The notes beneath the pieces are model-generated. The model saw only the letters and a list, made by a program, of their open reading frames with translations, had not been told where the DNA came from and made no database searches. A stretch of 64,000 bases of DNA from Cetorhinus maximus (lineage: Eukaryota), in the NCBI RefSeq assembly GCF_964194155.1, contig NC_135879.1, forward strand, positions 38,378,001-38,442,000, given 5' to 3'. The translations under genes were made by a program, and so were the position numbers. Within the stretch, counting starts at the first letter, position 1. Each line of letters opens with the position of its first letter. Below, piece by piece: positions 37,401-50,196 of this stretch.

Positions 37401-38480
37401 CGTAAACCCAAGGGACTTCATGGAGCACCCCATTGGAATGCTGAAGTTTAGCTTCAGATGCTTTGACAGATCTGGAAGCTCCCCATAGTACACATGAGCC
37501 TGAGTTTGCAGGACTAATTGTGGAATTCTGTGTCTAGCTTAATATTGTTTAACAAAGAGGATTGGAAATGCAGGATGAAGAAGGCCTGCAGTACTCATTA
37601 TCTGATGAGGAAAAGGATGGCGAGGAGCAAGATGGAAGGCATGGTGCACAGTAAGAAGAGCATCTAGCAGCCCAAGATGCAATGGACACTCTCATAGCTC
37701 AGAGCTTCACCTGGAGATCTCTTATTCCTCCTGCTCCTTTGTGCCCAGTCCTCTTGCACTAACATGCAACCTTTACTCCACTGTTTTACAGTACTCCAAC
37801 TTGTCACCTTGAACTCATGAAACCAACTTCCAGATCTGTGTCATAACTACAGAAGTTACCTGGAGAGCAAGGTCACATGAAAGTGTCAAAAGTGAGAAAG
37901 AATTTAATGTGGAAAAGGAAACAATTATTTACTAATCAAGTAATGAAACATGCAAGGCAGCAAAACCTGATTGCACTGGCTTCTGCTGTTAGGACCCGAC
38001 TGCAATGTTCCTGGAGGAGTCCACATCTTCCAGAGTATATTGCAGAGTTGAGAACATAACACCCTATGGTGGAAAGTGGACACTTACATCTGTTCTTCCA
38101 TGCCAAGACCGTCAATACCTCATATATTTTTCTCGTGTCTTTGGTATTTTCCTTATCATAGTTAGCCCCCAGAGTTGTCTATCCTTTTGAACAGAGCTTC
38201 GAGAGAATGACAGTCTCTGATGCTTGTTTCTCATGGCAGTCCTTATCACTACTTTATGTTTCTGCTCACTTGTATAGATGCCTGCCCATTTATCTCACTA
38301 ACACTTTCACTTGACATACCAGTCTCTGTGCTGGTGCCTGCAACACATGAGACCTGAAACAGTGAATACTTAGGAAGGATGACTTCCTCCAAGGCATCTT
38401 CTTCCACGAGCGACGGGAGCTCTGTCATTGGAGGAAAGAAAGATATGGTAATTAGCTGTAGTCCACAAAGGACTGTAGGC
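37400..38480. mobile_element. Harbinger relic (transposase C-terminus on +)
   Basis: IGMLKFSFRCFDRSG at ~37432-37476, followed by an acidic tail. Confidence 0.55.
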
Positions 38481-38489
38481 ATCTCTCTC

Positions 38490-38660
38490 CATTAGAGAGA
38501 GAGATTATTGGTTATATATCACTTGAGGGGCACCACTCAGCAAGCGTGGGGCAAGGCACAGAAGCAGGCCTGCATGAACTACCATGAGCTGGTATAGGGA
38601 TTGAACTCACATCGATAGCACCATTCTGCATCACACTCTAGCCATCTCATTAACTGACCC
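38490..38660 (-). mobile_element. tRNA-derived SINE
   Basis: Minus strand has B-box-like GTTCAATCCC (gggattgaac at ~38597). Confidence 0.45.
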
Positions 38661-40511
38661 CTACAGGAAAGAAAGGTGGAGATTTATTTATGTTCGTAAG
38701 AAGATTTAAATATGCGCATTCATGTGCACAATTGTATGGTTGATGTGCTGAAGGAGTCAAAGATCAACCATGATCTTGCTGAATGGTGCAGCAGCCTCAA
38801 GGGACCAACTGGCCTACTCCTGCTATTTCTTACATTCTTATTTAGGCTGAAGGTGTGGTTGATGGTTGAAGATGAGTGGGTGGTCATTCAAATCATTCAC
38901 CCTGCTCTACAGATCTGCCAGTGTGGTTGACTCTCAACTATCCTCTGGAATGACCTAACAAACCACTCAGTTCAAGGGCAATTCGGGATTGGCAACAAAT
39001 GCTGGCCCTGTCAGCGATGCACACATCTCATGAAAGAATAAAGAAACCTCACCATCACTAGTGTTACTGGTGCCAATTATTTCAAGAACTTCTTCCCCCA
39101 CTTGCATGAACTTTGGTGGTAATTATTGTTATGAGGACAGATTTGAAATATGAGTATATTTCCATCAGAGCAGAGAAGGCATCAGGAAATTTAATACAGG
39201 TTTGTTAAAATTATAAGGATTTTGCTAGATTGATGAGTGACAAGAGGTCATCAATTTAAAACGATTACTGAGAGTCGGGAGAAATGTCTCTACACAGGTT
39301 TAATGGCACCTGAAACATCTTGCCACAGGGGACAGTTGAATCGGAGATCATTGATGGAATTTGGATAAATATTTAATGCATTGGGAGATACAGAACATGG
39401 GGCAATGGGATTTGTTTTGGAATGCTCTTGCAAAGAGCCAGACACATTGGGCGGAATCCTCCCAGAATTGCACTTAGTGCGGTAGCGGGCATGAAAAATG
39501 ATGTTTTACCCACTGGCCGCAATGGTGGATTTTTGCACTGTATTGTCCCCTTCCTGGCGCGGCAAACCTCATTAATAATGCGTTCACGGGAAACATGTCA
39601 GATCGCTGGTGGATGGATTCAGATTTGCCGCCATGCCACGACCTCAGCGCTGCCTCGCTCCAGGCATCATGTTTAAAACGCACCAGAGCGCAGCCTACTT
39701 CATTTCTACAGACCAGGACTGCCCCAAGCGACAGATAGCTCTGAAAGCAAAGGTGACAGAAGCCCTCAAATTTAGTGACGTCTCTCTGGGGTGCCTGCTG
39801 GATGCAGTGGAAGGCCATCGCTAACTCCTCTACCCCCGCTGTGGCTGCAGGAGGTCCACCAGGGTCACTAATCTGGCCTGGGAGCTGGTGACAGCAGTGG
39901 CCAGTGCCAATGGAGCACAGAGGAGGTCAGCCATCCAGTGCAGGAAGAGGATGAATGCTCTCATCCGTTCCGCCAGGGTAAATCACTCTTCTCATTACTC
40001 TCAATTCACGCACTCACAAACCTATCACACATCCACAGGGATCTCACACCTCAAGGGACAACACTAACTCTCACACACACCCTCACATCTCCATCACGCT
40101 CATATTCTCTGGAGCTCGTGTCCTCATCCAGTCCATGGCTCCGCTCATCAGACAAACATTCCACGCAGTGGCATGCGTCCTGTTCACCTTCTCTCCATCC
40201 ATTTTCATGCAGGGGAAGCTGGCTCACAACAGGTGGGAGAGATGAGAGATTGCAGACTGGGGTGGAGGGGCCAACATTAGGCCCCTCACTCACTTTGAGG
40301 AGCATGCTATAATGCTGACTGGTGAGGATGTGGACCGTGCCTGCAGTGATGGTGAGGTCGATGGCAAACACCCACTCTCAATGCAACTGTGAGTGCTCTC
40401 TCTCTCCTGTTTTTGACTCTGCTGCCATGCACTAATTATCTCTACTTTGGTTCACAGGGAGATCTACCAAGGGACTGATGCCCTCAGCCAGACAGTCATT
40501 CAGTTCCACCA

Positions 40512-40707
40512 CAAAAACAGAAAATGCTGGAAAAACTCAGCAGGTCTAACAGCACCTGCGGAGAGAAAAACAGAGTTACCGTTTCGAGTCCATATGACTC
40601 TTCTTCAGAGCTGTTTTTCTCTCCACAGACACTGTTAGACTTGCTGAGTTTTTCCAGCATTTTCTGTTTCTGTTTCAGATTTCCAGCATCCACAGTATTT
40701 TGCTTTT
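40512..40707. mobile_element. Fold-back Penelope-derived mini-element inserted in the Harbinger Myb exon
   Basis: ~60-bp inverted arms 40513-40573 / 40611-40670. Degenerate TSD agtcattcagttccacc / agtccttcaactccatcc. Absent from the homologous site at ~59155. Confidence 0.85.
40574..40612 (-). ncRNA. Minimal hammerhead motif
   Basis: agct-CTGAAGA-A-GAGTC-ATATG-GACTC-GAAA-CG-GT-aact: canonical CUGANGA and GAAA, perfect 5-bp stem II, altered cleavage triplet. Confidence 0.65.
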
Positions 40708-43509
40708 AGTCCTTCAACTCCATCCAAGCCCTCATCTCCAGGGAAGAGGACACCTTCTCCAATGAAGAGCTGGAAATAAGCAGCCTGGAAGCCCTGTCAC
40801 AGCACTTACCCACATTCTCCACCAGCGCAGAGACACACACCTCAGTGGGACCTAGATCGAGAGCAGGCTCAGGTTCACACTCTGGTGGTCACTACATGGA
40901 CATGTGTCCACAGCAGGAGGAGGCAGGAGCAGGGGAGCCAAGCTCCCAGGCACTCGGATAGCTGAGGCCTAGGCGTCTGTGAGGTCCGAGTCAGATGACA
41001 AGCCTCTGGATTCGGACTTCTAACTCACCCTGGAGAGTCAGCAAAAGGTGGGGGAACATCACGCAGAGCTGTTGGAAGCACTCAACAGAGTGCCACGCAA
41101 GTCAGAGGAGTGCACCCGCCTACTCTCTGATGAAGTGGTGCCCACATGTGCACCCTGGTCCAGCAGAATGCGGAGATGCACACAGACCTGCACTCCATCG
41201 CAGTAGCCGTAGGTGAGCTCCTGCAGTGACAACGTGAGAGGGAAACGGGACACCTCGACATCCCTCCTGGTGCTCCTTCCCCTCAAGGAGTCAGGCCGAG
41301 GCCCTCGGGCACCCAAAGGGAGGAGGAGCAGCTGCTGGACACCCCTGGGTCATCCACTCAAGAATCTCAGAGGCTGTCCTCTCCCTTCAAGTCTCCTTTG
41401 CCTGTGGCCCCCTCAACCTCGTCGACTCACTGCAGAGGGAGCAGCTGGCCCACAGGAGGACAGCCAAAGCAAGCCGAGGCCCTCAAGGCCTTGGATCTTC
41501 AGAGGACGCACGCTGAAGTCATCAGAGGCAATGGGGCCAACCATTGCACAGGCTGTCTCCACCCCTGTTGAGGATGTCAGGGCAGCACTTAGAAGCAGTG
41601 GGTAGGCCTAGAAAAGTTAAGAAATTCCGATCACAAGTTGCACAGATGAACACATGTTGTCACTTCATGATCTGAAAATATATTCACTTTCATTGCATAA
41701 TGTATAATGTTGTCTTTCAGTTTCACGAGTCCTCCCCCTGCACCCCCCACCACCCCCACCAGCAGTTCAGCTGCATGCAGCCAGACCACTGTGAATTTGG
41801 AGGGAATAGTGTGTGTCATCTCACTGTCCTGAGCATTTTCAATGCTGCTTGCTGGGGTTCTCTTTCAGTTGTTCATCTGAGCCGACCTGCATCACTGCCC
41901 ACCAACTGATTGCAATCCCATGCAGCACCTGTTCCCGTCCAACACAAGGCTTCATCGACTTTCAATTTGCATAGCATGGTAGTTGTTAAGTTTTTGACTT
42001 GCTCCTCCATTCTTCCCCCTCCCCCAGTCACCCATGATCTTTCCCCCATCACAATCCAACCATCTGGCATCACCATGCACCTCCCCACTGTTACCCTACA
42101 GCCTGAACCCTTGTGATTCCACAATGTCCAGGTGAACGCGCACGTTCCCTACCATCCTGGAAATTCCACTCCCATTGACCTGCCCGACCTCTTCCTTCCC
42201 ACCACCAGGATCCATGTTTGCCTCCGTGTCCCCACCAACCATCTTTGTCACCCCTTCTACCGGTACCAATGTACCCTCACCTCTCCCCCCCCCATCCTAC
42301 AGGCTCCCTCTGCCGCCTCTCACACTCACCATTCCATCCTACCAGGCCCATCATGAGTTTGCTCCTCAGGAAGCAGTCATTGACTCCATTGACCCCTCCC
42401 TTGCGCATTCACTTGGACATTCTACCCCCCCTTACTCCTTCCTCCACCCTTACTCCTTCCTTCCTCCTGTATTCCCTTCTCCCCCCTGTACTCCCTCTCC
42501 CCTCCAAATTCCCTTGTCCTCCCGAACACCACCCCATTGCTGACACACATTCCTCCCCCTGTACATCCACCTCCCCACTTGCACCATTCCCCCCAGTTAC
42601 ACCCTCCTCCTCCCCACTTCCGACCTCACCCCCCCCACCCCCATGACACCTTCATCTCCCCCTCCCCTCCCAACCTCACCTTCCGTGCCACCTTTGCCCC
42701 GCCCCTCAACTTCACCCCCCTACCTCACGCCTCTGGCACTTTCACCTCCCCCACTTCCAACCTCAATCCTCCCCGGTACACCTTCCTCTCCCACTGACAC
42801 CGAGACCTTCCTCTCAGCGCCCACCTCCCCTCCCCACCGACTTCACCGATCATCCATACCAACCCATGGCAAAGTCCTTCAAGTTCCAAAGCAGATCCAA
42901 AGCGTCAAAGGAGACCAATGAAGGTGGTGCAAGCCCATGGCAAAGTCCTTGAAGTTCCGAAACCTCAGTGAAGTTGAAGCTGCTGCATGGAGACCTCCCA
43001 CCTTCCGAGAGCTGCTTCATGGTGGAGCCATGTGCATGAGGAGCCACCCAGCATGTGATGCATGTGTTCCTCCATGGTCTGGTAGCTGTAGGGCTCCAGC
43101 ATCTTCGTCTCCTTGGATGTCCGCGATCTGAGCAAGGCCCTAAAGATAATTCCCAACTTCTGCACGTCACACTTGTCCAGACGTGTTCTGGACCGGCGTG
43201 TTTTCCTGCCGGTATAATTGGCATTGGGGGACGATTCTGGCCGGCCATACTTTGTATTCGATTAGCGGGATGCAAATCGGGTTCATGCCAGCCTCCAGTG
43301 GGATTCGTGATCCGCCATGGTGGACTCCATCAGATGATCCCACTGTGATTTCACACCAGCGTGAAACTGATTTCTGCCGCTCCCACCAAATTTCCCCCAC
43401 CCACCATCATGCCCACCACTAACAAGAGCGGTAAATTCCAGCCATTGGGTGGAATTTTATGGTCCCTGTAAAGGGTAGGGGGTCGCTTCCTATGGAACTC
43501 TCCCTTGCT

Positions 43510-44640
43510 GCCAGAAGAATGCAGATATCTCAAAAGATTGTAGAGCTGGAGGAGATCACAGACATAGGGAGATAAGGCCTTGATGGGATTTGAAAATAAA
43601 ACAGAGAATTTTAAAATCAAAGCTTTGATTAACCAGGAGCCAATGTAGTTGAACAAGCACAGGTACTTGGTACAAGTTAGGACACACACACACGGAGTTT
43701 TGGATGACCTCAAATTTACAGAGGGTATAAAATGAGAAGGCCGCCCAGAAGAATGTTAGAATAGTCAAGCCTAGAATTCATAAGAACAAAGAAGGAAAAT
43801 GACTTTGGTGAATTACGTTGGCTTTCTGTCACCTAAAACATTACATTAAAAATCCTCACTCTTGTTTTTTTTTCATTCTTTCATAGGATGTGGGGGTTGC
43901 TGGCAAAGCCAGCATTTTCTGTCCATCCCTAATTGCTCTTGAGAAGGTGGTGGTGAGCCGCCTTCTTCTACCACTGCAGCCCATGTGTTGCAGGTAGTCT
44001 CACAGCGGTTAGGAAGGGAGTTCCAGGATTTTGATCCAGCGAAATGAAGGAATGGCAATATAGTTCCAAGTAATGATGGTGGGAAACTTGCAGGTGGTGG
44101 TGTTCCCATGTGTCTGCTGCCCTTGTCCTGTGTGGTACAGGTCCTAGGTTCAGAAGGTGCTGTTGAAGGAGCCTTGAATTGCTGCAGTGCATCTCGCATC
44201 TTTCTTGCATCAGTAGTGGAGAGAGTAAATGTTTAAGTTGGTGGATGGGCTCCAGATCAAGCAGACTGCTTTGTCTTTGAATCCCTCCAAAGCCTCACCC
44301 ACTCCCTCTCAGGAACTTTCTTAAACAACCGGTAGTCCCCCTGTAAGCTATAGTTTTCCTCCTCTGGACATGTGCACTGTTCCCTTTATTCCATCCTCGT
44401 TGGCAGAGCCTTCAGCTGCTTCAGCTCTACTCTCTGAAACCCACTCCCTAAATCCCTCTTTTTTTATCCAGTAGTCACCCCATCTTTAAAAAAAGTCTTC
44501 TTAAAACCCATCTTTTCAATCAGGCTTTTGGTCACCCCACTCCTAATTCCTCCCTGTATTTCTTGGCATCTGTTCTCTTGTCTATTTCTGCTCTTGAGGA
44601 AACTTGGGACCACTTTGCTTTCAATAAAAGCGCAATATAA
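43510..44640. mobile_element. L2 and LINE-tail relics
   Basis: IQNSVCV..PVLVQLHWLLV on -; reversed tail at ~43870-44280; L2 3' end at ~44330-44640. Confidence 0.6.
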
Positions 44641-47252
44641 AGTTATTATTGAGAACATGTATGAGGGACAAATAGGGAGCCTGTTAAGAGTTGGGCATTT
44701 GGAATTTTGTGGGAGTTCTGCTGATTTCCACCGTAACTTCCACAGGTGATTGATGGAAACCTTCCCAAAATTCTACTCCTAACGTTATGTAAGAAGTAAT
44801 GAAATGCCTGTGTGTGTGTGTGTGAGTGAGAGAAACACAATCAGCTAGACCGACAACAATGCAGAAGATACTGCAGTTTGAAGTTTTGAGGGTCAGCTTT
44901 ATTTTCCAGTTACTTTTCAAAGTATGGGTCATGGTTAGAAAGATAAACAAAACCGTGGAGAGGGAATTGACTAAACCAGGAAGGACATACCGATCTGTTT
45001 TGTGGCTGGCTACAACTGTTTTCAGATTGTTTCCCTTTCAATCTCAACCAGAACTATAACCAGTCTGTTCAACTCTCACAGCTATCCAACAAAAGTATAA
45101 TTTTCTTTGCAATTTCCTTGCCATATCAGCTATTAGAATGACATTGAGAGGTTTGTGCATTCTAAGTCAATTTTATTTATTGATTAAAATATGGAACTAA
45201 TTTTTGGGTGTTTGTCAACAACATCATTAAGGTAATCGAGTGCAGGCTTTTAGTCTTTTTTCTTTTGGCCGGAGGCAAATGTAGAAAGTAATTTGTCACT
45301 GGTAACTTTACAATCTAACAACCTCCAGATTCCTATCCTGAAGTGAAAACAGAAGCCTGTTACACCTCAAGGCCCGTTCTGTTTATGAATGCATGTTAAT
45401 GAAGATTGTGAAAGGATGTTATTCACAGGCAAGCTGAGTTATATTACTTCCTGTTACCACTATGAAGAGAGGGAAAAATAAGCACTACAGGAACAGACAC
45501 CCACTATTCGGGAAATAGTAAGGCTTTAACAATGTATTTTTTCAGTATCGAGTAAAACTGCTCTCAACCTCAGTGTTGGGCCCCAGTGGGTCTCAGGCAG
45601 TTTGGCAAGCACAATCTGCTTTTGGCAGGCGGCCTTCATTTGCAGATAGATTTTGTGTTTTTATGATGCAACAAGTACTCAGCTAACAAGATTTTTAAAA
45701 TATATTTGTAAAGAAATGTATCATTTTGACTGTATATAGATCTACAAATCACCAGTGAAGGCTTTAGAAGTTGCTAGCTGTCTTCTATGAAAAACGGTAC
45801 AAAATGGTTAGTGTGTGCGCTTTTTAAAAAATTCTAAATGTTCAGCTCAAGGATGCTGACACAGATAAGACAATTTGATACTGAGGGGCCCCTGGACATA
45901 TTCTCACAAGAAGTCATTAAAATCAAGTATGAGAAAATCGGATTCCAGAACTATTTTACACAATTTTATGGTAGGACTATGCAAAATATAGGTTTCGTTC
46001 CTGGAAAAAAGTACCCAGTATAGCTGTACTGAGTTAATTTCATTAGAATATTGGTTCAGTCCTTCTTCTTCTCCTTATTTCACCAGACTCCCAGATCTCT
46101 CCCCCTTTCCTCCCCCAACTGCAAGTACTGTAGTAATGTCCTGGAACACAACCACTGCCACAGGGCTTAAAATAAAAGTTGTACATAGAGAACAGCCACA
46201 GTAAAAAAAAATCCTGTCTGAGTTATGACTTGCTCATGTGTTACACTTCATTTTACCAAAACTAATGAATGCAAAGTTGTGCATAGTACTGCTGCTGATC
46301 CAATGGAAACAAAATTATTTTGAGCTCTGCATCATGAAGAGAGTCACGCGTATGTACATTGTGGAAGGCGAATAGTGCCTGTACTGTTCATAAAGTGTAT
46401 GCACTGGTGGAGAAAAGGAAGAGACAAGCATGTGTATTAAGAACTGTTAGGTCTGAACATGTAAAAATGTAACACAAGGAAAGGGCTTTGATGTATCACA
46501 TGCCTTATGAGTACTCTTTAAACATCAGTAAACCCAAAGATTTGTTTACACCTCAATTAATAACTGATTCCTATTCATCACATTGTCATAGCTTGATGGT
46601 CTAAATTTTGGGAATTGGAATTACTCTGTAAATCCAAATCATAATAACTACTTACATCTGTACCACCTATTTCCTTCCCTTCACCCTCTCCAAAAAGAGA
46701 TTTTGCTTCACCAGTTTAATTTCTAACTCAGTTACATTGCTGGCTCCTAAGTATTTTTTAAATTGTGAAAAAAACAGCACAGAGTTGCAGTCTTTAGCAC
46801 ACAATGGTCCGGCCGGGTAAGTTGCAGATCAGGGAATACCACTACATGTGTACTGAAAATCTGCTGTGGTCCACACTCAATAACTTTAAAGTTAAATCAG
46901 CTTGGATTCAGGTTGGATAAAAACATTTTGGGACAGTGAATCCCATATGCCCAATGTCCTCGCCATCTTTATGAAAGTGACAATCCAAGTGGACTGGGTC
47001 AATTATGGGATCACAAATTTTTCTAGTTTATGTTAGTAACATGAGTTCAAAATAAATGTGAATGGTAAACTTGCATATTGTATAAATTAGATTGGGGGCG
47101 GTGGGTGGGAGTGGATGTGGGGACAAGGTAGTAAGATTGGAGGGGGCAGCTCTGAAATTTGCAGAATAATTTGAATAAGTGATCAGAACAATGGCAGACG
47201 AAATTTCATGTGGACCAGTGTAAAACAAGTAAGGAAATAGGAACAGATTTAT

Positions 47253-47378
47253 GGGCAGAATTTTATAGCCCCTCCCATCAGTGGGATCTTCTGGTCTCCT
47301 CGGAGTCGATGGAGTTTTGAATGGCTTGCTGTATTTTCCGGCTCTGCACTCGCCATTACGGGCCATAAAATTCCACAG
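47253..47378. mobile_element. Short Harbinger-type MITE
   Basis: gggcagaattttatagccc ... ggccataaaattccac. Confidence 0.65.
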
Positions 47379-47534
47379 TGGAAGGAAGAATGAGCAACAC
47401 ACCTACTCCATGAATGCTAAAATAACTGCAGAAATTGAAAGAGACCTAACTCTAACAATGTCTACCAATGTAGAAAAATAATCAACAAAATCACTTGGGT
47501 GCTGAATTGTTGTTATAAAATTGTGCACTGTGTT

Positions 47535-48030
47535 GGCGGGAGGGGGAGATTAATGGTGAGGGAGATAGAATGTGTGTTCAGAGGGAGAGATCGGGCTGTG
47601 CAATGGGAGGGAGCAGATCGGACATCGTGGTGAGGGAGATGGGACATTGTGATGGGAGGGAGAGATCAGACATTATGTTTAGAGAGAGAAATCTGACTGC
47701 TCCTTGGGAGGGGGTTGATTGGACATCGCAGTGGGAGGGAGTGGTCGGACATTATGGTGGGGACATTGAGGTGAGGGAGCTAAGACATTGCTGTGAGGAT
47801 GAGATTGGACATTGCAGTGGAGGGGGGGGGAGATCAGATATCATGGTGGAAGGAAATCAGACATTGCAGTGGTAGGAGATCGGACATCGTGGTCGGGGGA
47901 GAGCGGACGTTATTGGTGAGAGGGAGAATGGAAATCACGGTTGGAGTGAGAAATCAGACATTGCATTTGGGGGGAGTTCAGACATTGTGGAGGAGGAGAG
48001 AAAGGACACTGGGATTGGAGGTGGGGGAGG
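47535..48030 (+). repeat. Degenerate minisatellite, ~23-28 bp unit
   Basis: Roughly 20 copies of a gagatc(a/g)gacatt(g/c)tggtg(g/a)ggg-like unit. Confidence 0.8.
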
Positions 48031-48449
48031 TCAGCAGTCAGGAGGGGAAGGGCCAAGCGCAATTGGTAGTTGGGAGTCTGATGACTTCCTTAAGTCGGCA
48101 GCAGCGGGACAAGCCCTGCTGCTCCTGGCCTACAAGGAGTGCTGTAAAAGACACTTAATCTTGTGGAACCAGCTGCTCCTTCTTCCCTTTCAATGCCAGG
48201 TTTCCTAACCCCTGGAAAACCCATATAGCAGCCATGAATTCTAAATCAGGCTCTCAATTACCCTGCGGGAGCCCGGATTAAATATTTTACTGAAGTGTCT
48301 CACCTCGCCATGGTAGGACACGCATGTGCCACAATATCCATTGTTATAAAAATGGCAACGGGTTGAGGTTGTGTTTTGCGCATTTGATGGTTTAATTTCA
48401 ACACCCTGCACCCCCTTACCATCTCCCAGCTGTCTTGGGGTGAGGATAA

Positions 48450-50190
48450 AGTGGTTATTATCAATGACCGAAGGTCTGAGTTATAAAAAGCTGAGAACTT
48501 TGAGAAACCTGGTAGGTGAGCTATATACACTAGTTAAAAGTATGAGAAAGGTAAATACAGAAAATTACTATTCACCATATTGCAAAAATTATGAAGAAGT
48601 ACTGGTTCAAACTAATAAAAGGCAAATTTGGATTGATTTTAGGAAGTTCTTCACACAGACTGATTAATACATGAAGTAGACTCCTATCTAGATACTTGAA
48701 CTGAAAACTTTGGAATTATTTAGGAAACAACTGGGATGCTACAATGGGGGATTTTATTATCTTTCTGGATGGACCAGCAAAAATAGTCTTCCTCATCAGT
48801 AATTATTTTGTGATCTACAGATTGCCTTTTATGTGGGAAGGAGATATCAGCTGGGCATGGTACAAGTGAAAGGGTTCCCTTAATTACAAGGAATCAAAAG
48901 TAGAACACCCTGAATAACTAATGGTACAGAGATTGAAATGAGACAGTAAAAGTATGATGTCAAGCTCACAAAACATATAGAACTGAAAAATAAAGTAAGG
49001 GGCAAAGAGACTGGATTAGAAAAGATTGGCAGGTAACATAAAAGGGAACATTTAAATCTTTTATAAACATATAAATTATGTGCCTGATTCGGGACTAAAA
49101 AGGAAATCTTTTGAAGGCAGAAGGCATGACTGAGATATTAAATGCACACTTTGCATCTGCCTTTACAAAACAAAATGATGCTGCCATTGTCACAGTAGAG
49201 AAGGAAGTAATAGAGAAATTGGATAGGATAAAAATAAATAGGTACTCAAAAGATTGGCAGCACCCAAATTAAGAGAGTCACCTGGCCTGGATGGTGTGGA
49301 TCCCAGGTAATGACAGTATGGATATGAAATTGACTAAGGAATAGAAGCAGAGAGTAGTGCTGAACTGTTATTTCTCAAACTGGAGGGAAGCATACAGTGA
49401 TGTCTCCCAGAGATCAGTATTAGGGCCACAGCACTTTTTAATATATATTAAAGACCTGGACTTAGGTTTACAGGTCATAGGTTTGCAGATAACACAAAAC
49501 TCCAAAATGTAATAAATAGTGGGGATTCTTGTAACAGACTTAATGCGGAAATGTGAAGTGGGCATTTTGGTAGGAAGAATACGGAGAGACAATATAAACT
49601 GAATGGTACAATTTTAAAAGGAGTGCAGGAACTGAGAGACCGAGGGAGATGCATGACACAAATCTTTGAACGTGGCAGGACAAATTAGAATGGCTGTTAA
49701 AAATGCGAACGGTATCCCTGCCTTTATAAATGCAGACATTGAATACAAAAGCAAGGAAGTTATGTTAGGCCTCAGCTGGAATGTTATGTTCAATTCTGGC
49801 ACAAAACTTTAACAAGGGTGTCAATGTTTTAAGATTTACTGAAGAAATTTACGAGAATGCTACCAAGGATATGAGACTTCAGTTAATGGAGAGACTAGAA
49901 AAGCTGGGGTTGTTCTCCTTGGAGGAGAAAGGGTTAAGGAGAAATTTAACATGTCTTCAAAATTATGAAGGGTTTTGATCAAGCAAATAATGAGAAACTA
50001 TTTCTAGTGAAAGAAGGGACCATAACCAGAGAATACAGAATTTAAGGTAACTAACTAGCAAAAGAACAAAAAATGAGATTAGGAGAATATTTTTTGTGCG
50101 GCAACTTCTTGTGAACTGGAATGCACTGCTTGAGAGAGTGGTGGAAGAAGATTCAATAATAACTTTCAAAAGGGAAATTGGACCCTTAGA
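48450..50190 (+). mobile_element. Old CR1 LINE relics
   Basis: PQRSVLGP (ccccagagatcagtattagggcc-like), MERLEKLGLFSLEEK. Confidence 0.7.
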
Positions 50191-50196
50191 ATCATA

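Larger units (their letters stand above)
39449..43398 (+). mobile_element. Non-autonomous Harbinger D2: 3-exon Myb gene plus unexplained module
   Basis: Ends gggcggaatcctccc / aaatttccccc. Myb KFSDVSLGCLLDAVEG; donor at 39978, acceptors ~40212 and ~40458. No DDE motifs recognised in 41700-43300. Confidence 0.85.

Noticed and set aside
47535-48030. CRISPR-like repeat-spacer appearance
   Set aside because: Units are degenerate with no unique spacers, there are no cas genes, and the context is vertebrate intronic DNA.
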